Source: Botryllus schlosseri (lineage: Eukaryota). From it: 64,000 nucleotides of DNA. The DNA is taken from contig CM119372.1 in assembly GCA_051294905.1 (NCBI GenBank), forward strand, positions 27,654,001 to 27,718,000. Reading direction: 5' to 3'. Under the pieces are notes generated by a model. The model was not told where the DNA came from. It did no database searches and saw only the letters and a list, made by a program, of their open reading frames with translations. The position numbers and the translations under genes were made by a program. Of this stretch, positions 52,695-64,000 are shown piece after piece; positions within the stretch are counted from its first letter, which is position 1, and each line of letters opens with the position of its first letter.

Positions 52695-53755
52695 CAGGGG
52701 TCACCAACCCGGTGCCCGCGGGCACCAGGTAGCCCGCGAGGACTAGATGAGTAGCCCGCGAGCCCGTTCTAAAAAAGGTGGAATAGCTGCATTTACTATT
52801 CGTCAGATTATTACCAGTGATCTTTTAAATATATAGATTGATTGATTCAGCTATTCTTGTTTCAAATACACTAACATGTAACTTACATAAATAAACACTT
52901 AAAAATATCCTCAATTACAATTAGTAATATATAGATGTATGTGATAGAATCACCGGCAGAAATTGAAGATACGCCGCATTGCCTATACAGGCGACATGAC
53001 GAAATGGCATTCACGATCTTCTTGAAATGGCGGGGGGTTCCGTTATGATAGCTCGACGTCCAGGACAATGCCAAAGTAGTGAACAATATTACTATTCGGA
53101 GTTAGATGGCCGTGAAGTACTAGCAGATTTTGAATATCTGTATACCCATTACGTATTGCATCTTTTGACACAGCTTGTTTCTGTTACACTCAACGCAGTT
53201 TAGTATATCAGGTTTCTAACTTTATGTAATCGTTGCCGCTGTCCGATATAATGAAATCTTGTCATTTCTGGATGCTGAACAGTTAGAGATTGAAATTGTA
53301 ACACTGCAAAATGACCCCCACCTCAGTCTGCAGCAAACGTTTGGTGCCTTGTTTACACGGTAAAGTACAGTGGTGTATGCGCAGCAGCTATGAAGGTTGC
53401 AAGCGTCTATGGTTCAACTTATCGTTGTGAATCAGCCTTTCCGGACATGAACTTCATCAAAAACAAACACAAAACACGCTTAATCAATGCACATCTGGAA
53501 CACTCACTCAGAATTGCAGTGTCAAGTTACATACCAGAGTACAGCGCACTAGTTGATATCATACAATGTCAGGCTTCCCACTGACTGCTATAGAAACAGA
53601 TAACATGATGTCCACTGTCCAGTCCTGCCCAGTGTTATGAATATCAAAGCAGAAATACAGTGTGGTACGGGTAAACGACGGGAGTAAATAGTAGCCCGCC
53701 GCTTCAATCGTTACGCAAAAGTAGCCCTCGGTTGCAAAAAGGTTGGTGACTCCTG
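52695..53755 (+). mobile_element. hAT (Buster/SPIN) deletion derivative retaining the C-terminal dimerisation region (53390-53584)
   Basis: TIR CAGGGGTCACCAACC / GGTTGGTGACTCCTG; exact TSD CTCTATAG; GSTYRCESAFPDMNFIKNKHKTRL...QCQASH. Confidence 0.93.
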
Positions 53756-54117
53756 CTCTATAGTGTATATCAGAGATCTCAAACACGCGGCGCGCGGGCC
53801 GCATGCGGCCCGAAATGAGCAATTTGTGCGGCCCGCCACGACATTTTGAAATTTCAAGTACTCAACAATTTATTCAAGTATAGGAATAAGAACTTACATT
53901 TCACCCTAAAACTACTATGAAAATCACTGACATCTCAACAAACTCAACAACACGATATCAAATCACTTTTAAAAGCTATACCATGTGGTAGAATATCAGC
54001 TTACGTCACATTTCTAGTTCATGACGATAAAACATGACCCGTTGCTGATTTGTGACTGAAAATTGTGATTTGGTTTGGTGCGACCTTCTCGTAAAATTAC
54101 TCGATTTTGGATTAATT

Positions 54118-54387
54118 GTGTTGCTGTTTGTGGTATTCATTGACTTCATTGACTACTATGGTCATGGTCATTTACACCAGCCCGATATGTTTGATTTTCA
54201 TTCCGTAACTGCCGACTTATAGCACGGCCCACGACTTTTTGTAAAACACCGCTAACACGGATGAGATGGCGAGGAGGAGCCTTGATAAACCTCCAACACC
54301 TATCGGAATTAGGAAGTCGACCTCGGTCGGACTCGAACCCGCAACCCATTGGTGTCGCAGCTGCGGATTATACCACCGTGCTATCTC
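54118..54387 (-). mobile_element. Near full-length tRNA-derived SINE; other copies at 18585-18785, 22727-22815, 58534-58697, 58777-58975 (+) and 62680-62945
   Basis: A box TAGCACGGTGG, B box GGTTCGAGTCC, shared body (GCCGTGCTATAAGTCGGCAG, GTAAATGACCAT), CAA-rich tail. Confidence 0.87.
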
Positions 54388-56059
54388 ACCACATGGATTG
54401 ACTGGGTAATTGACTCGAGTTGAGTCGGGTCAAACTTGAAAATCAGAAAAGGACTTCAGACTCGGAACGGTGCCTTGTTAATCCTGCGGACGCAACAATC
54501 TATGAAACTGTCATGATAATAGTAATATATCAAAGGGTCGTATAGCTGGCGTTGAGTAGGGTATATAGCTATCTAATCAGGTCAGTATGGCAACCATTGG
54601 CATTCCATGACGTATAGTTGGTTACATGCTTGGTGCTGTTTGTTCTCTTTATTGATGTTATTATCGGTGGCGAGGTGGATAGTAGTACGCTCTACAGCTG
54701 TAACACCAATTATTCGCCGATTTGACATATCTATTCCAGGGTTCTTAACCAGGGTCTGTAGACCCTATCCTGGTACGAAGCACCACATCAGGGTGTGCGA
54801 GATGAATTGTGGAATGAGGCCTATGCTGTGGAATATGTTCTTGGCCAATTTAATTCAACTGGAAAATAGTCTTCGCGCTTCGCGCGATTTTATGTGCATC
54901 CGCTTTCTGATTTTAATAGGTACCACCAGAAATTGCGCTGAAAATGGACAGGGGCTGCAAGAAATCACATCGAAAGTCCAAGGGGTACGATTGCTAAAAC
55001 GATTATGAAGCAATGCCATTGCTATGGGTCAATAATGATTATATTTAAGTTGTTATTGATATGTTCCAATAATAATTATAGGCAAAATCTAACGCTGATT
55101 TAATTTGAAATTGGCAATGATAATAACAATAGCCTATACTTATGACGACTTTATCAAGACCAGGATTAGGCTACACCGCTCAAATGTCTGATATCAGATC
55201 AATCTTCAGTAGATTGCAAAATATTCTACATCAAATTGTGGCACGTCAAAGGTCCACTAGTTACAATATTATAACCCGACAGTTTTACGATGTCATGATG
55301 CAAACTCTCATATGATGTCTATGACTCATTAATTAAAAAAGTTATGTCCGGCACAAAAACAATATTATTCAAATATTCGAAACTGTGATTTTTTTCGTGT
55401 TAAGCGTGAATAATGCAATCCTAAATTAAATTTCCACGAGGTTTGTGGAATGCATGTCTCCAAGGTCCCGTCAAATAAGGCCTACTTTGAAATTATACAT
55501 TGAATATCCCTATTATTGATGCTGCGGCCCGCGGCGTCATCAAAAACTAGAAAATGGCCCGCGAGCACATTTGAGTTTGAGACCTCTGGTCTGTTATATA
55601 GCTGACTAGATTTGTCCGATGCATAACCCCGGATAACTTGACTTAACTTACGTATCGGAGAAAAATATTATATTGGTAATGAGCAATTACAATTATCAGC
55701 AGAAAATATTTGGTATCAACATGATTTTGAAAAGGGGTTTCTGATCCCCTAAACCCCATATCATGTCACTATTTTGACCACAGAAAGACTTGTCTCAGCA
55801 ACAAAAATAATTTTGATTCCATCGGCTTTAAAAATTCATCAAAAACCTACGGAAATATTGGTAAATTAAATGCTAATTAGGTCCCAAATTAGAAACTTAT
55901 AAAAGAGCCATATTTCATTGTCAAACCCATAGTCAGCCATATCGTGAGCCATAGGTTTCCGACCCCTGATCTACGCATTATCGAGTGCCTACAATGATTA
56001 TTTTGATCACCACAACCAAGGCTCACTACACTTTGACTAAATTGTACATAATTCATGCG

Positions 56060-56650
56060 CTAGCGATGCTTCCTCTCTCAGGTGTGATCATGAGCAAGCT
56101 ATAGAATACTGATTGTTTTTCTGCTCTCTTGCCCTAGTCAAAACCGACACGTTTCACACGTGAGTGAATCACCATATCGGGACGAAGATTATGGTATATA
56201 TCACAGTTGATTATAAGACTGATCTTTGTTTGTTTGTAATCATAACAACAACTACCATGCCGTCAATTCTTCCATTTGTTCGCACGGAGTCACATTACAA
56301 TTCGGTCACGACCCATTATCTCTAATGTCTAGTAAGAAATTTTCAGTAATAGGTTCCATATGGACTGTTATGCGCTAATATTTAAGTTATATCTAATTTG
56401 GTTCTCTCCATACAAGTAAAATACAGTCGTTCCCACAGGGCCTATCAAACGGAGCCTATTTCCTTTGACAGCAAAGAAATTTGAAGCGGCGCCGAAATCA
56501 ACGCAACGTGGCGTCGACGATTATATCGTTCTATAGAGAGCGAAGTATCTGTCTTAGTAATATTCAATGATGATTAGTCCATTACCTATTGCTTCACCAA
56601 TGACTTTGGATTACTTGATGCGTTAGTTGAGAATTACCACTGCTGCCGTA
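56060..56650 (+). pseudogene. Highly decayed Chapaev3-type transposase remnant
   Basis: TDCF, ISFYRER, ITYCFTNDFGLLDAL in the expected order. Confidence 0.45.
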
Positions 56651-57129
56651 AATGACTTTCTTCCATGAACGATGTATACAAATGTCACAACCGCTCTCAA
56701 AATAGTATAATTCGAACCAAATCCTTGTCTAGTTCAGGGCTCTTGAAACCGGGTGTACGATACACCCTGGGGTAGAGGTGGGCAATTGTTTTTCCAGTCG
56801 GTGCAAACTAAAGGCAAAAAATAGGCTGGCAAAGGTTTAGACTAAATACCGTGTCGTATTTTATTTCTAAATGGACAATATGAATTACATTGTTAACGGA
56901 AGCTGTTAAGTCAGTGGTTGCCAACCTTTTTCGTCTAGTAGTGATGGCATGAGCAAATGTTTCTCCTCATCAAGACTGCGATCTCTTTATAAAGTGCCTG
57001 TCCTTACGAAGTAGCTTACCAAGAATGGAGAAACAACATTCAACGGCTGCAGTTGTTGGCTGACAACTCTAAAGTGGTGCGTACACTGCTGGTGACACAC
57101 CGTGTTGCTTCTGACAATGTTGTCTACAT

Positions 57130-58321
57130 CAGTGGTTCTCAACCGCCGGTCCGTGACGACTTTCCATCCGGTCCGCAAGGTATATTACAATTTTGGACCT
57201 TTATTTCAATATGCAATTGTTTACGGCTTGTCCATTGGTAAAATAAATCAGACATCTAATTTCAAAATCATTCAGAACTTCGTGAAGTGACATTAGGTCT
57301 GGAAACATGTTCGATTTGACTTGAAGTTCAGGCCGTGTCATTTGACAACATGCGAGCGACAAGTACGAGCTGACTCCCTGAACCGCGCAGTTTTCGCGAT
57401 CATTCGTTTTCGATTCATTTATTTTGTTAAGCATCGTAGCTGCCGCACCCCAAAACCCCAATTGGAACAGGGCCGAGCTTGAAGGGGGGTCAAAATTATT
57501 TCGTGGATGAACATAAATTATAGAGCGTTTTTTGAGACTTTATCTAAATTTATTCATTTTTGCGCATGGCGGGGTTTAGTGTCACTAAATGTCCTGGGTA
57601 TTGCGTGTTGTTGTTGCTGTTGTTCTTATTGTATTACATGTTGTTCGGCTATTATGGCCTTTCACACCAGATCTAAAGAGCCTGATAAATCTATTAGCGT
57701 CACAACTGTATGCCGGCGGGGATACCGAATTCCGCCACTGGTAGTGAAATCTGTGCATCTGATAATAGTTTTGTGATTTATAGAAATAGGCATTTTGGGT
57801 CAGCCATCACCGCGCCACGACGCACCAACACATGACGAATTTTTGCGCCAACATAAGGTGGTTATATGTTACACTGCATACTCCCAACACTAAGCAGAAT
57901 CAATGTTTCCACGAGTACTGGTGAAAACATATTTTACCAACTGTGGGGTTTGGGAGCGTAGCCCCCCAGCAGTTTGGTTTATCCCCCTGTGAAGGGCCCA
58001 AGACCAACGTTTTTGGACGGGTAGGCTGATGATCGGCCCTGACTTTGTGGAGGGCCAGGTATAGCTGTTGTCAGGTATTTTCGTGCGGCGCATTGTATTC
58101 ATAGTAGCCAGAGTAGCCTATATGTCTGGTGGTAGTGGGCAATTAGCAAAAACATAACCACAAGATCTCACTCTCTAGCAGTTTAGCACCATATACTTGA
58201 AAAATAACGGTTGCGTAACTCACGTTTTTAGTTGATTTTGATTTTTGAAAGTCGACCGGTCCGCCAAATATATTTTTGAAATTGTACCGGTCCGCAAGGT
58301 GAAAAAGGTTGAGAACCACTG
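57130..58321. mobile_element. hAT MITE
   Basis: CAGTGGTTCTCAACC / GGTTGAGAACCACTG; degenerate TSD GTCTACAT/GTCTATGA. Confidence 0.8.
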
Positions 58322-59786
58322 GTCTATGATGATTCTCGAGGAAACCGCTGCGATAGCTCAGACATTTTGAATTGGTACTTCTTGCGATATTATTATTGAT
58401 AGCGCAGTGCACATAATTGGAGTGGCGTAGCCAGGGGGTCTCGGGGTCGAATTTAAGAACGACTGTGTTAGATGGTGATATAGTAACCTCAAGCCCTGAT
58501 TAGTATTTACAATTTCTTGTACGATGCAGCCGTTATTGTTTGTTATTGTGGTATTCATGGTGTTTGTCGACAACTATGGTCATTTACACCAGATCGATAT
58601 TCTTCATTATTTTCCGTAACTGCCGACTTATAGCACGGCCCACCTCTAGGCTTTTTGTAAGACACCGCTTACGCGGATGAGGTAGCGAGGACGACGCAGC
58701 CGTGTTTATAATGGCTTCGATTAGGCCAGGGTCGGCCAACCTGCGGACGTACGGCCGCATGCAAAAAAAAAACAATAATAGCGTCGTGGTATACGCTCCA
58801 CGGCTGTGACACCAGTGGGTTGCGGGTTCGAATCCGACCGAGGTCGACACCAGAATTTTCACGCCTACCTAAGTGTTGGAGGTTTTCCTAGAATTCTACG
58901 TGCCATCTCATCGGTGTAAGCGATGTTGCATAAAAGCCAAGTAGGACGTGCTAAAAGACCGGAGCCACAGAATAAAAATGAAGAAAATTGGCTTGATTCA
59001 AATAACCATTTTAGTCGACGAAGATCATGAATAGGCCTACCAAAAATTATAAACATTTGAAAATTAACGTGTGTTGGCTACCGCCAATATGCAATGTACG
59101 AATCGGTCACCAAATTCTTCGAAAGATTTTAATTCGACTTAAAAAATTACTTTACGATTAGCGCTATTCAGGGCGACTAGGATTTTCGTTTTTAATAAAA
59201 TAGTTTGCCTGCAATCTGAGCCCCACCGTACTCACGAGGATTGCAGAGGAAAATGATCCGTCCCATAAATAAATAGGCGTGCCTAATTGGAATCATGTGT
59301 GGCTCAAGGTTTTCTCGGTACGTTTGGGCGATATTTGATATATTTTGACTATACCGACAACCCTGTAGCTAGACTGAAAATTCGGAGAAACACCTAAAAA
59401 AAATTTGGGAAGGGAGTGGGAGTCGGGGAGAGTCAAGAACAATGACCTGACGTCATGAATCTATTGATTGGAAAGTTGACGTGACACTGTATCAGTAAAA
59501 AGTTGCGGGTCATAAAAGGCACTTTTCGGTATGATTTCTACGACAGCTACTTCTATTTGTTTTCTTGAGTAGAATTTGATTTCAATATATGAGCATCATT
59601 AGCGACTTAAGCCAATTATGATCCCGCTTTGAACGTATAATTTTGTTGTATACAATATCGGGTAAAATGAATACTATTGGAATAATATTCCGGGCACTGA
59701 AAGGTGGAAAGAAGCTCTTTTTAGCTCAGAACACCATAGTGGGATTCGAACGTTATCGATAAGAGATTGTGGATACTATCATATAC

Positions 59787-59916
59787 CAGCCGCGCTCCAC
59801 TTGATCTTTCCATTCCGCTACGTTTCCGCGCCAATCAAGAAGATCATTTATCCATTCACTTCCATCATCTCCGATGTTATCGTACGATGATGCCGCTGTC
59901 AATTGCAGGATATGCA
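59787..59916 (-). CDS. Candidate small host exon (HILQLTAASSYDNIGDDGSEWINDLLDWRGNVAEWKDQVERG)
   Basis: Acceptor TCTCTTCCTAATTTGCAG; open 42-codon frame; weak donor TG|GTATAT. Confidence 0.25.
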
Positions 59917-60237
59917 CTGCAAATTAGGAAGAGATTTGCATTGGTTTCGACGGAATGGGAATTCCGCCCGCTGATTGATGAAAGTGGACGACGAGACGAA
60001 AGTATATGTGGGCACTGATTCATCTGCAAAGGTTTCATCGTCATGTGAACTGTAACTTATATGAATACGAATATGATATTGCCAGGTACACTGCATTGGA
60101 ACAAATTTGGTGATTTGTCCATATCTCTTTTATAGGGCTTTTAAGGCAAAGCTGTGGGTCAGTCACAATTTCACAAAAATAACGTGCGTACTGGGCAACG
60201 TTGTGTTACATGTTTTGGATGATGTAGTGCTGGTTTC

Positions 60238-61562
60238 TAGTGATGACCATCGGTTGGATTTTGCACAATTTTGAGACAGTCGGATCGGATTCGGATGCTA
60301 TTGCATATTTTGTTTCGGATTTTTTCTGATAGTTGTAACTTTGCTTCTGATATTTTTGGATAATTTTGACCAGACGTGACTCTTGATTTCAACTCAATTG
60401 AAAAAAGTCGTCAGCTCGACAACCAAAACGGATGGTGTATAGGCCTACCCTTTGTAATAGGAATCTAAAGCTGGTCCGTCCAGGGTCCAAGCAAATATAA
60501 ATCAGCCAACGCAAGGCTTACCCTTTGTAAAGGCTACGCCCTAGATGTGTTTCTGTTCTGCTGTACATTCGGGATTCTTCGAAAAATGTATTCTATTCGG
60601 ATTTTTCGGAATTTCGACGAGATTTTTCGGATTAGCATGGATATTTTGACGTGATTGTTCGGATTCGGAAGGATATATTTTCAGAGACTCGAGCTGTCGG
60701 GTGGACTTTGATTCTCAGAAATCAATATGCGCTCATCACTGGTGGTTTCAAGCAGACTTGGACAACTAGATAATTTTAATTGTCAAATTTCACTAAATTG
60801 GAGCAAAACGCCATTAATCTAATTTTAATCTAATTAATTTGTGAAATGTTCCTATGCTCATGATTATCACAAAATAAGTTATATTTTATTAAAGTTATTC
60901 AAATACAACAAGAAATACCATAGCTGAAAGACTATCTGAAACCTAAAAATTGATCTTATAGGGACGTCAAATGCCGTTTTCTGAGCGTCTCGGTCTTGGC
61001 GGTGTCTGGGCCATTGCATGTAAAGACAATATGCTTATTGATATCAGGTGACCCTTCAACGATGGAATTCTATTGCCATCGCCGAAGCCGTTTCAGCTAG
61101 TGTGGAATAGTGTTGTTGGGCACATGCGAATAGCCCATCTTATTTTGAAACAACAACAACGACAATACAATCTGAAACTGAAATCAATTTCAGCATTTCG
61201 CATTCTTCGCTTTATTTCGCACTCTTCCAAAATCATAAATCAGATCGCCGGCTGCGATTAAGGTGACCCGCAATATAGTACAAAACGAGCCCAGCTTGGA
61301 TTACAGGCGTCAAACATTCTCACGGTTATGGAAATGCACTGTGATTTAATATGAACTGATTTTTACTGAATTTATTTCCCATTCACAATTTCATTCAATT
61401 TTCCAGTTTTTGTGAATTCAGTAACTCTAATTCTAATCTAATTTGAAAATAGTTGTGGAGCTCTTATTGTAACTATATTTTAATTTGAAAAAAAGCTGTG
61501 TAGCTCTAATTCTAACTTTAATCTAATTCGGAAAAGCTGAAAATTTTTCAGTTGTCCCAATG
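60238..61562. mobile_element. Two adjacent hAT MITEs (60238-60741 and 60753-61562)
   Basis: First: TAGTGATGA / TCATCACTG with TSD CTGGTTTC/GTGGTTTC. Second: CAGACTTGGACAACT / AGTTGTCCCAATG with TSD GTTTCAAG. Confidence 0.8.
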
Positions 61563-61827
61563 GTTTCAAGGTCAAGGTAAGAGGAAAACTTCCTGCGGTC
61601 GGGAAAATAGGTTTACGTTGACCTTCTCTCTAGTGTGCTGCAAACGCGTGGACAAAAGCAAATCTCAGTGCTCTCAGCCCCACTAAATCAGTCTCGAAAT
61701 TTTGCTTTGCACAGTAGGTTTACATTGTGACGCAACAATAAAGCTTAGAATATTACGCCGCAGCTCAGGAGCAGATGGATTTCTCAGTTAGTTTAGTCTG
61801 GCACGTTTGCGTTCGAGTGGGCTAAGA

Positions 61828-62162
61828 TGGGGTTGCCATACGTCCTTCCTTTTCAGGTTTTTGAATATGCCCTCCGAGGACGCCTGAAGGTCCATCTTTT
61901 TAGCAATCCATCCTCCTTCACATCTTCTACAGTTAACATAATGGACAGAGAGAGAGATTCGAGTGGAAATGGGCATAAATGACGCTAAATAGCAAAGACG
62001 AGCGAAAATTCGTGGTTCGATCGAAAGTGACGACCTTTTTTTAGTCAACTTTTTAGTCAACAGCAAAAATACTGAAATCGGCTGTTTCCAGTCTTGCTCA
62101 ACTAACTTTTCTGATTTGGTAAAAGTGTCCTCCTTTTCCGATTCTAAAATTTGGTAACCCTA
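61828..62162. mobile_element. MITE of the GGGTTGCCATACGTCC family with 7-bp TSD
   Basis: TSD GCTAAGA (61821-61827, 62163-62169); same left end as the element at 25245. Confidence 0.82.
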
Positions 62163-63321
62163 GCTAAGAGATGTGTCCAAAATAGGAAGATCAAAGTATC
62201 GAGATGCGGACTTTGCACATTAATGTCTTGAACTAAAGCCTATCGATATGGTGAATATTTTGCCGCACTTCACGAGATTTCCATAAGCAGTTTGCGGTTG
62301 TTCTAACTGGCAACGGGATATGATTCCCAGGCGGGCAGAGTCATTTATGGTACTGTATACAAATAACGTATATTTTGCATTTCATTTTAAATGCATTTTA
62401 CTAGGTTCAGTTCTGATACAAGGAAAGGCCAGAACGCAGTCCTCGTTATTATAGTTGTGAATAGCTCCACCCATCACGTGGGAAAGTCATTCTATGTCAC
62501 TGGACAATTGGTGTTCATTTGGTTTGTATTTTAAATATATTCCACTGCGTCAATAGCGAGATCTAATGCAAATTCTACCTCCGTAGTATTGTGATGGTTA
62601 TCTCCGTCAATCACGTGTGGGACTGGGGTTCGGTACCCGACAGGGAGAGTCATTTCCGCACAATATGTATATTCCTATACGTTGTTGTTTTTGTTGTATT
62701 CAAGGTATTTGTCGACTACTATGGTCATTTACGGCAGGCCAATTTTCTTCATTATTATTCCGTAGCTGCCGACTTGTAGCACGGCTAAAATGTAGGCTTT
62801 TTATATGACACCGCTTACACGAATCAAATGATGAGAAGGAGCCTAGATAAACCCCCAACATTTAAGTAGGGATTCTGGAGTGTCGGACTCGAACCCGCAA
62901 CCCAATGATGTTGGAGCTCTGGATTATACCACTACGCTATCTCGCCTCTATAATCGTATATGTACAATATTTTTGTGTTACCAATTCTTAATGAGGTAGT
63001 AAGCCTCGAAACTTCTAGTAGGCCTGTCAGCAACCCGAGTTTTGACAAGCCCTGGCCTGGCCTTCTTTACTTCTTTAAAATTCGCTAATACTTGTATCAA
63101 TGCTATTATTCTTACCTTGCCCTTGAACGCGGAAATGAATTCCGCAAAAGAAGAGTAAGGCAGCCAGTGACGTCATCAGGACACTATCCTGCAACTTTCT
63201 GGTTATATCCGCGGCGATTCGGAACAGCAAAAATACAAGACTAGTAAGATCAGCGTTATGCACTTTCAATGCCGAGTTCTTAGAGTATAGTAGTTGAATG
63301 TTAACGAATTATAATGGACAA

Positions 63322-64000
63322 CACTGGTCAACACAGTTTTTGTTGACTTTGATCAGGCAATTGATTATGACTAACTTTTGGGCGCTGAAATCAAAAATGA
63401 CTTGCGTTTTTCTCTATCACGTCAAGTTTTTGGGTTAGGCACCCCCACATTGCCTCAAAACCCACATAATAGCATTACTTTTATTATTCTGTGTTTATTG
63501 TATAGAACGTTTCAACAACTACAACCAGTCGAAAGTAAATCATGAGACTTCAACTAAACATTTGCATTGCTTTATTGGGCTGATACTGATATTGCTTCTA
63601 AAGGACAAATAAAGTGCGAGTTTCAGGGTCCAAATTCACGCTAATAACCCATAATTCTGTAGGTTGTCTATAGTTTGATACTCGAGCAATAGTCAGCTAA
63701 CATATATGAGCTCCAATCTACTCTGGTATCTTATCCCCATCATCTTCAGATGTTGGGGGACATTTTCTCCTTGGCCTTCTTTGACTATGTCAAGGTTTCC
63801 AGAGAAATTATTGAGATATTTTAGTTTTTTTTTAATGTCTGCTGTCCGACATAAACATATGGCAGATGCACACGTGTATCAGGGTTGCATGTGCTGTGCA
63901 TCCTTATTGTCTGAAAATCCAAGAAAACACAATATTTCAAAGCTGACACATACGATCCAATAGTGCTCGTGATATTGCAACAACTCTATGTTTCTGTATT
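63322..64000 (-). mobile_element. 3' part of a Chapaev3-type transposon including its terminus
   Basis: NFSGNLDIVKEGQGENVPQHLKMMGIRYQSR, MLADYCSSIK; terminal CACTGGTCAACA at 63322. Confidence 0.85.

Noticed and set aside
54300..54387. tRNA gene (also 58780-58850, 62880-62945, 25658-25722)
   Set aside because: A and B boxes are present but there is no complete cloverleaf, and each is attached to a SINE body.
59440..59490. CRE (TGACGTCA) plus CCAAT promoter-like cluster
   Set aside because: Short motifs that recur in repeats across the window; no linked transcription start evidence.

Overview
AT-rich eukaryotic (animal, probably marine invertebrate) DNA made almost entirely of nested, decayed transposable elements; there is no prokaryotic gene organisation and most ORF-track entries are spurious. 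All identifications come from by-eye reading and remembered family motifs, with no database searches. Supportable content: (1) the 3' end of a Penelope-like retroelement with a GIY-YIG ORF and a minimal type I hammerhead ribozyme; (2) one host exon on the minus strand encoding a 273-aa Thr/Ser/Pro-rich mucin-like repeat region (10018-10840), whose other exons were not securely found; (3) a 13.6-kb segment (11425-24997) bounded by ~1.6-1.8-kb inverted repeats with AGTAGT...ACTACT termini, resembling a gene-less Maverick/Polinton relic; (4) five Chapaev3-type transposase remnants; (5) about 20 hAT-type non-autonomous elements, many with exact 8-bp TSDs, one carrying captured 28S rRNA fragments; (6) a CR1/L2-group LINE remnant, tRNA-derived SINEs and a MULE-like foldback MITE; (7) a second, older inverted pair (29740-34620 / 36900-38174) carrying a decayed reading frame I do not recognise.
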